Made by a program: the position numbers and the translations under genes. A DNA stretch of 64,000 nucleotides from Lophium mytilinum (taxonomy: Eukaryota): contig MU004183.1 of NCBI GenBank assembly GCA_010093605.1, positions 1,302,001 through 1,366,000 on the forward strand. Reading direction: 5' to 3'. This document shows positions 1 through 11,686 of this stretch, one piece after another. Under the pieces are notes generated by a model, which was not told the DNA's origin, ran no database searches, and saw only the letters and a list, made by a program, of their open reading frames with translations. The stretch's first letter is position 1. Each line of letters starts with the position of its first letter.

Positions 1-1835
1 GGTAGAGCACACACACTCTCACCGCAAAAAAAGCAAGAATTACCTTCCATTGCAAAGTCTCACCCTACACAACCATGGAGCATCTTGACAGAACCCTAAG
101 ACTAGTAACGGAGGTCAGTAGCAGAGCAGTCCACCCCGAAGTCAAGAAAAAGGCGGACCAAGCCCGCTAACCCCTCTCGATTCCCTCCCCAAAACCCCAC
201 CCAATCACAAGCCCCCCATTTCACCCCCAGCCAACCAACCAACCACCCACTGCACCCCAATCCCAATCCCACCTTCCCCTTCCCTCCAAACAATCCTCCC
301 AAATTCTCTAGCCTCCCACCGCAACCCACCCAATCCCCAAATTCCCTCACAGAAAAAACCCCGAAACCCCCGACTCCCGCCGATCGGTAACGGGCCCCGA
401 AACGTGAAACACGCCGCACCCAGCGCCCCCAGACCGCTAATCTCCCCCAAACCCACGCGCACACTCATCAGCAGCCACCATTTCTGACAAGCCAAGAAGG
501 CCCAAGAGTCCCCGCGGAACTTGGCCCTCGTACGGGTTTTCAGCTGAGGAGGATTAAAGTGATTTGCAAAACTTTCCTAAACCCCCCAAAACTCGTTAGG
601 AACCGTGTTTTCAAGATGCAGGTTCGAAACCCCCCGGTGAATCTATCGGGTGCAGATGGTGTCAGGACCCGAGTTTCTTCGCTCGTGCCGTCTTAGCTTC
701 GGTTTCTAGAAGCTACGAAGGAGGATCGGGGGTTTGAGAGGGGTGCGATCTAGACTGTGTAGTCTGCATAAGGCATCGCTAGTCTACCGAACTTTGGACG
801 AGAAAATTTCTGTGTCTGTGTGCCGAGGGAAAATCGAGACGCGGTGGGGTGTTTGACATGTTAGTTTTGAGTATCAATTCTGTAGGAGGCGCGATGGTAA
901 AGAAGCGATCGTGTCAGAATGGATGATTGGGAGTACTTCGTAGGCAAAGTCGCGCAGAAGAAAAGACTGGCTGATTAGGGATATCATGTAACGCTACTTG
1001 GCGGCTGTGAAGCGACGACAATGTTTATCCTTACTACGACTGGAGTACTCGAAACAGTCGGTTACGTGAGAGGACTGAGTGACGTAGAGAGTTTCGATGA
1101 ATTATCGCGAGGCAAGCACCACCAGCATCATATTCAGGGAAGCTTCTATTTTGAACTTTGCCGTCAATTACGAGCGACTATAAACCTATGTAAACAGAAA
1201 GGTATGCCCGCTTTTGCTTACACTGCTTGAGTCGAGTGTCCGAATAAAGACAACTAACTACAGTGATGCGACGAGGGTGATGGTGTGGGGTTGTGATGAT
1301 ACGGAGAGCCGGAATGAGAGAGCGGACGGACAGAACGTAGCAGTCCACTACAGACAGGATATGTCCGAGAAGAGAGATAGAGACAGAAGAAAATGAGTGA
1401 CAAAGACAGCTCCGTATAATCCCGCGCCCACATGAAGGATCCTCTTTAGCCCGATAACCCCATTCGCCTATAGACTATACAAACCGGATCAGTCATGAAG
1501 GAGAAAGTATCACTAAAACAAACATCTCGAAGCCAGCAAATCTATCCACGAAATATAGCTCTACAAAGGGGAGCAGAAGAGTATGGGGAGATTTGGCGAA
1601 CAGCTAGAAGCGTCCCGTAACTCTCGTCAAACATGACTGCACCCAAGATAACTCAAGGAAAAGATCCAATGCCAGGACATGATACAGGGGAGGTGGAGGA
1701 GAGGGACACGAGGATAGTGTCATCGATCGTTCGCGGGGATGAGTTGCAATCGTCGCTAGAATCCGGAGGAACAAAGGCGCTTCAGCAAGTGATAATGGCA
1801 GGACAGGAGAAAATCGTTATCGTCAAGTTGCCGCG

Positions 1836-2824
1836 CTAGTGTCCATCTGGATTTGTGACCTACAAGTGTGTTAGACAGGGTCCAGGTAACTAAGGTTGAA
1901 GGTGTGAACATACCTTCAATATCCGCCGCGAGTAGTCTTGGTTGTCCGCGATGCTGCCATCGCTCTGCCTCCTCATCATGACCTCGGGGTCGAGTCTTGA
2001 GTCGTTCATTGACGAATTGCTGGTATGAAGTTTGCTGGATCCAACGAAGTTGTTGACCGCTGCTTGGCGTCTGTATTCCTCTTCGACTTCGCGACGACGC
2101 TTGAACTTGAGGCCAATGACGACACCGGCAATGATGGCTGCTAGGGCGATAACACCGACAACGACGCCTGCGGCGATGGCGGCTTTGTTGGGACCACTAG
2201 AGCTCTTTTTCGCTGCGACGGAGGTTGTTGCTGCTGGTGCTTCAGACTGCGTGACAACCACAGTCGACGCGCCAAGCGTTACGGATTGCTTTGGTGGTGG
2301 TGCGGTCTTGCTTGCTGCGGCAGCCGAGCTCGACGATGAGGGTTCGAAGTTCGCGATTTTGTTGTGGTTGATACCTGTGAGCGAGATCATCCAATAACCG
2401 TTTCCGCCGCCTGTCACACGAGATTAGTACTGGGTGGAAACTCAACCGGGGTTGTTGACATACAGTTGTCCTTGTCATAGCCGTTGCAAGGCGTGTTGCA
2501 GAGGTCGTTGTCCACCTTGGTATCGGCAGGCGGGAGGAGGTCACCACAGAAGCAGTTGCTGCCATCAACCAAGCCCATAACCGCCTTGCCGAGACCGAGA
2601 CAAATGGGTTGACAGTTGCCTGCAGTTTGAAACGTCGCTGGGCCATGGTCTTCTAGGGGATCTCCTACGCTGAAGCATCCCTCGTATGTCATTGAGTTGC
2701 GGACTCCGGTGTAGGTTGGTGTTGCAATGGCCACGATGGTCGACGAGGCCGAGGCCGAGCTGGCGGACGCCAGCGACCATAATGAAGCCGCGACGGCCGC
2801 GGCCGTCATTATTGTTGAGACCAT
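1836..2824 (-). CDS. WSC1: WSC-domain cell wall integrity sensor (Wsc1/Slg1 family); exons 2824-2464, 2410-1914, 1859-1836
   Basis: Signal-peptide-like N-terminus. Cys-rich WSC motif (YEGCF...CQPIC...NCFCG...CNTPCNG...CGG). Ser/Thr/Ala-rich stalk and one TM helix (AIAAGVVVGVIALAAIIAGVVIGL). Spliced C-terminus DNQDYSRRILKVTNPDGH* is typical of the family. Both introns are GTATGT...CTAAY...YAG and keep the frame. Confidence 0.92.
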
Positions 2825-4267
2825 GATGGGGTGGGTTGTGGAGAGTGCCAACGGTGTTGGGCTTGAGGAGGGGTGAAGTAAGGGATGGTGTCGTCGTCGT
2901 CAGGTGCGTCCGCCTAGGTGGTTCGCGATGTGCTGAGTTGTGACGCCAGATACTTGAGGGCTAACCAAAGCAATGCGTGCGCATGAAATGGCGTCGTATG
3001 TCAAGTTTGGGACACTGACTGCGGTGGATCTCGATTGCTGTGGTATCGGTACCACGGTCGACTGTGGGTCGGCGTGGAGAAGAACGGGTCGGTAGGCTAT
3101 GACGGTGGGTGGTGAATGCAGAGTCGAACAGCACTTTGAGGCCGGGAAGAAGACTGCGTCCAGCTGAGGCACTCGCTCAACGAGTCCGTGATGGCAGTCT
3201 TCGAAACACGAAGGGTTGGAGTTGCGTTGGTGGCCAGTGGTTGACCCTGGAATGCTGGGTTTCGTGAGCAGCCCCTTATTCCTGAAGCAGTGCTGGTGGA
3301 ATGCAGGCCACGTCGGAGAACAACGAGTGTAGAGTTTCAACAGAACACAGCAACGAGTGTGGAGGCCGACAGATTCGAACGGCTTGGATGAAGTCGAGCA
3401 GTTAGTGGGATCCGGGCTTGGTGAGGAGATGAGGAGAACGACAGGAGTTGGAGGAGCGAGAGCAGGAAATGAAGGCCTGTGCTCGACTCGGTCAGCGCCA
3501 ACCCTCTCCACCCGCTGCAGCCACCACACCGGCCTCCAGCGACCCGCCCGATATTGACACCGGGGCCCTGAGCGCGCTATAGTGCAGCCATGATCCTGCT
3601 CGTGCGAACCAGATTGGCCTGCCACTGCCCTCGCGCGAGCTGTCGCGATAGTAGGGACGGTAGGGACTGCGTGAAGCTGCTGGACAGCCGGCTGGGATCG
3701 CCTGTCGACGACGAGCAAAAGGCACCACAGGCACCGCTCGATTTGCTTGCAGGCCCCGCTGATCGCGCTGTTTTGAGCCGTGGATCCCACGGTGCCTGGC
3801 GACGCGGCCAGGTCTGCTCGCGCCCAATTGGCCAATTGCCCGGCCTGTTTCACTCTGCTGCCGCCCTGTCCCGGGCTGACGCAGCCCTGGCAGAGGCCGA
3901 GCAAAACACTCTCACGTGTTGGGCTGCCTGTGGTGGCAGAATGGGCTGCGAGTCTGCGTGCGAGGCCTGCGATGTGTGCAAGGTTCCGTCTGACGCCAGC
4001 GTCAGGTACATATCAGATTCGTCTCGCTGAAGCTGCCGCTTTATTGATCCGCAACTCCTATTCTATTTTTGAGGATGTCTTCAACTTCGATGCTCACAGG
4101 TGGCCGACCGAGAGCCATTGACGTGCACGGAGATCAAATAGAGAGCTGCCACGGTGCATGAAGATCGAGTAGAGAACTTTGTGTTGATGTGTACAGACGG
4201 ATGCTACCTTTGTATACAAGGTCGTGGAAGAGATTGGAGTGTGTTCATAACGGGGGCCTGATGCAAT

Positions 4268-4298
4268 ATCACGTGATTAGCGATTCGGGTCACGTGAT
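4268..4298. promoter_or_regulatory. Pair of RTCACGTGAT E-box (bHLH, Cbf1/SREBP-type) sites in a divergent intergenic region
   Basis: ATCACGTGAT at 4268-4277 and GTCACGTGAT at 4289-4298, 21 bp apart, about 250 bp upstream of the ATG at 4549. Confidence 0.45.
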
Positions 4299-4548
4299 TT
4301 TGGAAAATAGAAAGAATACTAACTACCCGCGCATATCTCTGCATCCATGATCAATCATAAACCCAAGTACCCTGCTGTTCAGGAACCTGAGCGAAGCCGA
4401 GAGGCAAAAGTGGAGGAAAGTCGCAGTGTATGCGTAATGTCCATTTTAAGCGATTTCGTACGAAAAGTACGCGAGGCTGCTGCGTAACATTCCAGGTCTC
4501 AACCACAGCTCCGCAACTGCTCTGCAAGCTCATGAACGCCTCTACCTC

Positions 4549-6884
4549 ATGTCCCCGCCTGCCATTGCCTGTCGTCGCGCAGTGCACCGCATTCGGCCCC
4601 CTCCGGTCGACAATGTCTGGATCAGCGACGAGCTCCTCGCCGACGCCTACCACCGCTTCATTCACGCTTCCTTCTCGAGCCAGCGACGCCATGGCAGCAA
4701 TGTGCCGGGGCCATTGGAGGCTAGGAAAAGGGCCTCAAAGCGCCGCATGGGACTCGTGGCAACCGGAGGGGGGGCTGTAGCTCCCAATCCCGCCATGCTC
4801 TTTGGTCCTGTGTCGACTGGGGCTTCGTCGTGGAAATATCAGCCTCCTTCGAAAAGCCCCGGCCTGAAGGCGGGGAACTCTGGTGTGTGATGCAACCGCT
4901 TAGGGTCTTTAATCAAAGCTGTGGACTAACTCATACTCTCTCAGAGCTGCCAGTGTTGTCTCAATGGCTACTGGACCTCTCGACGCCTGCTCCCCTTCGA
5001 CTTCAACAACCAGACACTTTTGCGCAGCTTGAATCAGAGCCGATCCTGGTTGAGCAGTCGTTTGATGATCGCCTGCTATCTTTCAAGAGTCTAGTAACCA
5101 GCAGGACGGACCATAAAGTTATACGAAATCTGTTCCTGGAGTACTGCCCTTCTGGGGGCGAGTCCAAAAAATTCAGCCAGCTCGCATTCAAGCACCTAGT
5201 CGATATTGAGTGCCCGTTCGAGCAAATCCTCCTATTGCTACCCGATCCCTGCATAAATGCTGCCGGATCCGGCAATGTCGAGCGATTGCTCCGACTGTTG
5301 AATGCCACTCCAGTGCAATTGACGAATACCTCGATTACGGGACTAAAGCGACGCTACCAAGACTTTTTTTCGACTATATGTACACTCAACGCACCCGGAA
5401 GCCAACGAAATATGACTAACAAAGAGGTTCTAACCGCTGTGCACACACTCAAGTCTGCCAACCCCACGATTCTTGGGGACATCGAACGCGCTCGTCTTTA
5501 TAAAGACCTGTGGCAGTCCTGCTTTACTCGCGCGAGCATTGTCTCTCCAAAATCATTCGATGCTGAACTATTCCAGAAAATTACCAGGACCTTCCAGTGC
5601 CACTACGGATCGGTGCCCCTACTGTGGATGAAATCCAAGCAAGAGCCTCTAGTGGAGGACCTAGTAGGCTTACTCCGTTGGAATTTGAAAAAAGCAAATC
5701 GGAAAAGGAACAACGTGCTCTGCGCCTTTCACACCATCCCAGGAGCGCTTCTGTCGAGCCTCTTCAAGGCAGTCACTACGTCCGTTGCTCGCCAGCCCGA
5801 ACCCCACCAGCGAGCTTCAGAGCTCGATTCGTGGTTACACCTCGTAGACGCCTTCTCGAAATCTCACTTGCCTGAAGATGAAGGTCGGAAGATCATAGAA
5901 ATGGTCTACCAAGAGCTCGCCGCTCAGAAGGTAGGCCCAGTAAACGTCTTGAGTCATGTTGCCAAATTCAATCTCAAAAGAACAATCCACTCTTTGATTG
6001 CGGGCTGGGCCCCAGACGTAGAGCACCGGGCGAAACTCATGGAGTGTGCGAACAATTTTCTCAACTCACGAACCACATCGGATCGCAAACGTCTAGGTGG
6101 AGCTCTTGTCGAGCTCCTTGTAGAGATGGAAAGTCTAGAGGAACCCACTTCCGCCGCTGCGGATGAGTCCCTCGAGCTGGTATACCGCCAACCGGGCGGT
6201 GGAGCCAAGGCGGTGGTGGAGTTCCTCGCGGAGCTGGCTTTCCGAACGCGCACACAGTTGAACCCCCAGACTCTCTACCGAATTGTTCTCGAAACCATGT
6301 ATACCGACAGCGCTCACGCCTACAAGCTCTGCGAGATTGTCTCTGGACTCGAGTTGCGTTTTGACCCCAATTTTCCTGTCCATTACATCCTCGGTGGCCT
6401 CCGCTCCATGATGGATATGTCCCACATTGTGCTCAACGCCCGGCGTCGTGACCACCTTCCAACGCCATACCGTAATCAACCACTTGTGGATCTTTACCAG
6501 ATTCGCGTGGAGCTCATCCATCAAATTGCGTACCAGTACTCCATCGACGAAACCCGCACTCTTAAATCATCTGGCCGCGCCATCTACTACCTCTGGAAGT
6601 ATTTGAGAGTCCATAATCTTCCCATTGGACCGCTGATGACCAAGGCCCTTGTCAATGTGTTCGTCACACGCCCGTTGCTGGATCGCCGATGGGTTAGCGC
6701 ACGCCGATTTACCATCGTCCGGGACGCGGTCGCAAGGATCGAGGGCAAGGAGACGGCGGCAAAGCTGCACGAGACCTTCTGGCATTGGAGGGGAGAGCTT
6801 ATTCGCGATGCAAAGAGGCGGCATCTCCTGGCCGGAGGTGAGGCAAGGGCAAGCGTGGCGGTGGTGCGGAGGCTGGGGCTATGA
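4549..6884 (+). CDS. Conserved fungal hypothetical protein, probably mitochondrial and largely alpha-helical; exons 4549-4882, 4945-6884
   Basis: Arg-rich N-terminus with VWISDELLADAYHRF...RRHGSNVPGPLEARKR motif. Intron 4883-4944 (GTGTGT...CTAAC...CAG) joins it in frame to the 684-codon ORF. Confidence 0.75.
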
Positions 6885-7530
6885 GCGAGCGGGGCCGTCT
6901 CTAGTTGTCGCATTGGAGAGTGTGCAGGCGTAAGGGCCCCTGTTGAGACAAAAGCAGATGGTAGATTATATGCCAATTCTGTTGTATATATCGGCAGCAT
7001 TTGCCGCAGTTACCCAAGATATTGGGTTGCACATTACAACATATACCAAGTGTGTCATACGCATAAATATCCTGCTAGGCGGTACAACATCTATTAGTAT
7101 AGATACGAGCATGGGACTCATTAACCGTTTACTAAACCCTTCCGATCCATCCACGTCTAAAACCATACTATGCGAGCTGTCCCGTTGGGAGTATAGATGG
7201 CAGATTAGAGACTCTCAGAATGTTTCAAAAATTCGAGACCGTGACCTGGTCCGGACACTTGCGAATTAGACTTCCGTTCAAGCACCAGGCTCCTCTCAAA
7301 TCACGTCCTGTGAGCTACGGCTTTGCGGGTGTCTCCAGCACATCGAAGGGCTTCAGGACCTTCTCAAAAAATTACGAGCGAATGTCTTTTCTCAAAGCCT
7401 GTGATTTAAACCTTAGTACCTGAAGTCTAGGAAAGGAAAGTCTAACCCAATCTATCTCTAAACCCCCAAACTGCTCTTCCAAGTCTATCCCACCCATCTA
7501 GACACCTATCTAAGATCCCGATTCTAGAGT

Positions 7531-8666
7531 TTAGTTCACACCAGCAAGTCCCCAGACGTGTATAGCCACAACCTTGCCGCCTTCCGTGAAGGTCCCATTC
7601 ACCGGCGCCATAACACCTCCACAAGTTGTGCCGTAGAGCGGACCGTCTGTCCTGCTTCTCCACGCAAGAGCCGTGATGCCTGCCAGCGCCGACGAGTTCT
7701 TAGACCCAATAACCGACTCTACCTTATTGTCCTTGCCGATCACAGTAACTGTGTTGGACGGATTGCCCGCGGCCCAGATCTTCCCAGCAAAATCGACAGC
7801 GAAGTCGTCGACGATAATGTTGGCGGCGAGTTGGTTGAAGCCGCTGTTTGTAGTGCCAGAGACGCGATTGATAGCCACGCTGGTCAGAGTCTGCTTGGCC
7901 GTGTTGGCGTAGTAGGTGTACCAGGTATTGGACTGCCCGTCGTAAACAACCTTCATGCCGTTGAGTCCGACTGGTAGCCCATCGGCGGGGAGCGGTTTCA
8001 TCGTATCGTCGCATAGGAAGCGGCTGTACGCTTTTGTGTTGACGTTGAGCTTCCAGATGCAGCCGGCGGTGCTGTCTGCGACCAGCATGTTGCCGAGGAT
8101 GTCGAGGTTGGTGATGTCGCTCAGGACGCCAGCTTCGGGGATGTCGGCGATCTTTTCCACGTGAACCTCGTTTTTCTTGGAGCTGAGGTCGACGAGCCAG
8201 ACGCTACTACTCGAGGGTGTGGCGGTGAACGTCGTAAGGGAGAAGTTGACGGCAGTGACGGCGTAGCGATCATGGTCACTGGCGTTGGCATTGACTGTTG
8301 CAACGCCCATGAGGCCAGTGGCGCCGGGGAAGCGGTAGATCAGACGAGCGCTGCCGCTCGGGTGGAGGGGGTTGCTGTTGAGGGGGTCGAAGACGGGCTC
8401 AATCTCCCACAGTTCTGGTACATCGAGACGCGTGACAAGGAGAGCGCCCTGTTCGCAGATCATTAGTATCACACTCTGAACTTGAGATCTTCCTTCAAGA
8501 CTTCTCTTACGTTTTGACGGACTGCGAGATTCTCTACCCATGCACCTTTAGGGAACTGATGTAGAGTGTTGATGGCCGGATTGAGAGAAGGCGGAGAACC
8601 AGAGACAGGCATGCCATGAGCAAAAGAGACGTAGAGCGCGCCGATGAGCGCATGAACGAGTTTCAT
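7531..8666 (-). CDS. Secreted six-bladed beta-propeller protein (SMP-30/gluconolactonase/TolB-like); exons 8666-8511, 8448-7531
   Basis: Signal peptide MKLVHALIGALYVSFAHG. Spliced motif QFPKGAWVENLAVRQN|GALLVT, then LVADS, GLNGMK and DDFAVD blade motifs. Intron 8510-8449 is GTAAGA...CTAAT...CAG. Confidence 0.8.
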
Positions 8667-9106
8667 TATGTAGAAGGTAGGATTTGTAGATTATGAGTAG
8701 TAGGAGTGGAGGCGTATATGGATGATAGCAAAGAAGAGGAGGTCAGTGGTTAAGAAGCACGGAATAGAGTTGAGGTGATATTTATAAGATAGTGACGGCT
8801 TCCCGGGGCGGTTAGATTCGGGAAAAATGTGAGAATACCCCACAAGGAATAGATAGAGATGGTGGAAGTGAAGCGGTGGCTGATAAGGGATGGAAAATTT
8901 GACGAATGCTTTATCGTAAATTGGTATCAGAAGACTATATTCAGGAAGGGAATTCAGAGACAATGACTCGATAAAAAGGCAAACTGGAACTTCTGAGGGA
9001 AATGAGGTCCAATTTCACGTTTCATCAAAGAGTGAAGTATAATGAATGCCTCCTTGGCCCATAGTTGGTCAATACGGCCTCTGAAGTTGTACAGGTCGAT
9101 GCTCAT

Positions 9107-10561
9107 TCATAGCATCGGAAGGGCTTTCCCTTCACGCTCCAGACCAGCCAATCTCCTCTTCTGCGCCGTTCTCATCATATCCAACGCATCCTGATCACTG
9201 ATATCAATCAGCTTTTCCACATCGACGTGCTTCTTCGCCAAGGTCTTTGCGGATATGAAGTATCCCTCCGTTTTGATGCTGCCGGGGATATGTACGACAC
9301 GTTTACAGAAGTCGGTATAATCAGCGAAGCACATCTTACTGCCCTCGAGACCCTCCAATACCATCGCAAAGCAGTGTGGCATTGCCTCAAAACGATCCCA
9401 AACGACCTTGACGCCCTGTCTCGCAAGCCGTTGCGCAAACACAGAACATTCGTCCGCTAGAGTCTCGTCACCTGAGACTACGAAGATGGGAGGGGATTTT
9501 TCCCACGACATTGCTGCCAGAGGAGAAACTAATGGATGACACAGTGCGCTGCCCTCGCAGAATATGTCTAGCCTTGGAGGATCGGTGGGCCAAACAGAGT
9601 CTGGAGGAAATGTGCTCTTCTCGGTGATACTGGGTGGCGGGAGATAATCATATTTGACGTTCCCCTCGATCGATGGCAGCGAGCGAGTAACGTCTAACCA
9701 GGGCGAGGTGAGTGCTACGCCAGCAGGCAGGGGAATCGTGCAGATCTTGTTGTTCCATGTGACAGCCGGTAGCTCACCAGAGGCGGAGCTCCGGTGCAGT
9801 TGAAGCAGAAACTGAAGTAGAGCTGTAGACAAATTCCCACCTGCGGAGTCGCCACCGAACACTATTTTCTCTGGCGGAACTGCAGAATGATAGGCGTCTT
9901 CTGGGGGGTATAGAAGATACATGTATGCGACTAGAGCATCTAGCAGTTGAGCCGGAAAGGCGGCTTGAGGTGCTAAACGGTACCGTACAGAGTATACTCG
10001 AGCGCCAGTCATCCTGGCAATCTTGGTAGTCACAGGACGATGTGTTGAGGGATCCATGAGGAAATATGCGCCACCGTGGAAATACAGCACAGTCAAGTCG
10101 CTTGTGACTTCTTTCATGAGATTCTCGTATTTCTGCTCCTCCGATATTGAAGGCTCGGGCGCGTCCTTTGCAACGTTTGCCCGGTATCCGGTCCACTCGG
10201 CTCCGACAGGAAGTAACGGCGGTTGCGTATATTCCTCATCGCCCTGTTTCATTTCGTCGATCGTCTTGAAGAGTAGTTGGCGTAAGTCGTCCTCAAGTGG
10301 TACGGGTGCAGTAACCCGGCTGATCCATATGTCTCCCTTGACTCCCGGATCTTTACACGATTGGTACTGTTGCTTGGATATGCTGGAAGGCTTCCCGGGG
10401 TTCGCTATCAACTGGCGGAGGATGTTGATAACAAGTTCTGTCTGTAGACTCCATTTCGAAGAAGTAGGAGACAACCATAACGAATGCAGCAGTGCGGTCT
10501 TGAAAATGAAGGGGATCTTAGGGATAAGGACCTTGAGCAGAGCAGATGGTGAAGAGTCCAT
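9107..10561 (-). CDS. HSL-family alpha/beta hydrolase (lipase/esterase; steryl-acetate hydrolase Say1-like)
   Basis: LYFHGGAY oxyanion motif, YRLAP, GDSAGG nucleophile, E-x-L-x-D acid and MPHCF His. The start is placed at ATG 10561 (MDSSPSALLK). The upstream GTG extension in the ORF track looks non-coding. Confidence 0.88.
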   Translation of the reverse strand: MDSSPSALLKVLIPKIPFIFKTALLHSLWLSPTSSKWSLQTELVINILRQLIANPGKPSSISKQQYQSCKDPGVKGDIWISRVTAPVPLEDDLRQLLFKTIDEMKQGDEEYTQPPLLPVGAEWTGYRANVAKDAPEPSISEEQKYENLMKEVTSDLTVLYFHGGAYFLMDPSTHRPVTTKIARMTGARVYSVRYRLAPQAAFPAQLLDALVAYMYLLYPPEDAYHSAVPPEKIVFGGDSAGGNLSTALLQFLLQLHRSSASGELPAVTWNNKICTIPLPAGVALTSPWLDVTRSLPSIEGNVKYDYLPPPSITEKSTFPPDSVWPTDPPRLDIFCEGSALCHPLVSPLAAMSWEKSPPIFVVSGDETLADECSVFAQRLARQGVKVVWDRFEAMPHCFAMVLEGLEGSKMCFADYTDFCKRVVHIPGSIKTEGYFISAKTLAKKHVDVEKLIDISDQDALDMMRTAQKRRLAGLEREGKALPML

Positions 10562-10795
10562 GGGGGTAATGGGAATTCCACGAACGCGCAATTTAGGCCC
10601 TGTTGAGTGTGAAGTTGGAGGTGTTCTGATATCGTTTGGGGTGGCTTGGTGAACTTTTGGGAGTGTCAAAAGGATGGCTTTGCGGGTCTCTAGGGTATGT
10701 TGGAGGACTTCAGACGGTGGCAGGCTGGTGTCCACCCCATGGTGGGCGTCACTTCGCCTCGGTACTTTGCCTGGGCCAGTTTTAGCTGTCGCCAC

Positions 10796-11315
10796 CCTTT
10801 ACATCACGCCTCTAGAATCTTGCAATGGCGTGAAGTCCTCCCGGGTCCTATGTAACCCACCAGCGCCGCACCTTACACAGGTCCAATTTACACCGTCTAG
10901 ACCTTTACATTCTAATATCAAAAATCCGTATAGGCAGGAAGTACTTCAAGGTCCTATCTAACCCCCCAGCGCTACACCTCACGCAGGCCCAATTCACCCC
11001 GTCTGAACCTTTACATCACGTCTCTAAAATCTCGCAATGGCTTGAAGTCCTCCAAGGCCTTTTCTAACCCCCCAGCGCTGCACCTTATGTAGGTCCAATT
11101 CACACCGTTCAGACCTTTACATTACGTCCCTAGAATCTCACAATGGCTTAAAGTCCTCCAAGGCCTTATCCAACCCCCCAGCGCCGCCCTTTATACCACC
11201 TAATATACAACGTGCTTGGTACAGGCCACACATCTAGCTACCTAAGAGCACAGGTCCAATTCACGCTGTCCAAACCTTTACATCATGATCTCAAAATTTC
11301 GCATAGGCCAGGAGC
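10796..11315. repeat. 106-bp tandem repeat (4 full copies, one with a ~55-bp insertion, plus a partial fifth)
   Basis: CCTTTACAT anchors at 10796, 10902, 11008, 11114 (exact 106-bp spacing) and 11275. Shared blocks: AAGTCCTCCAAGG, YAACCCCCCAGCGC, AGGTCCAATTCAC. Confidence 0.92.
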
Positions 11316-11446
11316 GTCTAAATCACTATTCATGTGTGCAAAAGACAAGTTCATTATTCGTGATTCGTGACTCGTTACAAAAAGCTACTAAAGCAACCAG
11401 CCCGAGGCCCCCTTGGGGTGCTCTCTTTTTTCCCCAAAACGCCGCG

Positions 11447-11686
11447 CTAAACGCTCCCATTGTGTCCACCTAATGCCCAAAAGAAACGCCAGAAGTAACC
11501 ACGCAATGCCCAAAACAAACACCAAAAGTAACCACCCATTGGGCCTAAGAAGTACCCGAAACACCCACGCGATGCCCAAAAGAAAACCCAAAAGTCCCTG
11601 CCCAGTGTGCCCAAGAAGTACCCAAAGTCCCCACCCATTGCGCCGAAAAAGCAGAAGAAGAAGAAGAAGTACCCACGCATCGCTCA
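11447..11686 (-). repeat. Degenerate 33-bp (11-codon) tandem repeat in frame with, and just past, the stop of the 13403-11684 gene
   Basis: Minus-strand translation: *AMRGYFFFFFCFF / GAMGGDFGYFL / GTLGRDFWVFF / WASRGCFGYFL / GPMGGYFWCLF / WALRGYFWRFF / WALGGHNGSV*. Confidence 0.8.

Noticed and set aside
600..660. tRNA candidates around the GGTTCGA/GGTTCAA motifs (also 14881 and 60815)
   Set aside because: No acceptor, D or anticodon stems could be paired; kept only as orphan B-box motifs.
2900..3904. 334-aa minus-strand ORF upstream of WSC1
   Set aside because: TTG start, no internal Met and no recognisable motif. It lies in the GC-rich promoter/5' leader of WSC1 and is probably a chance open frame.
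10562..10795. N-terminal extension of the HSL hydrolase given in the ORF track
   Set aside because: Starts at GTG, is low-complexity and contains a fragment of the adjacent repeat. The family-like sequence starts at ATG 10561.
10796..11315. Possible CRISPR-like array
   Set aside because: Whole 106-bp units are mutually similar, with no unique spacers and no cas genes, in a eukaryotic context.
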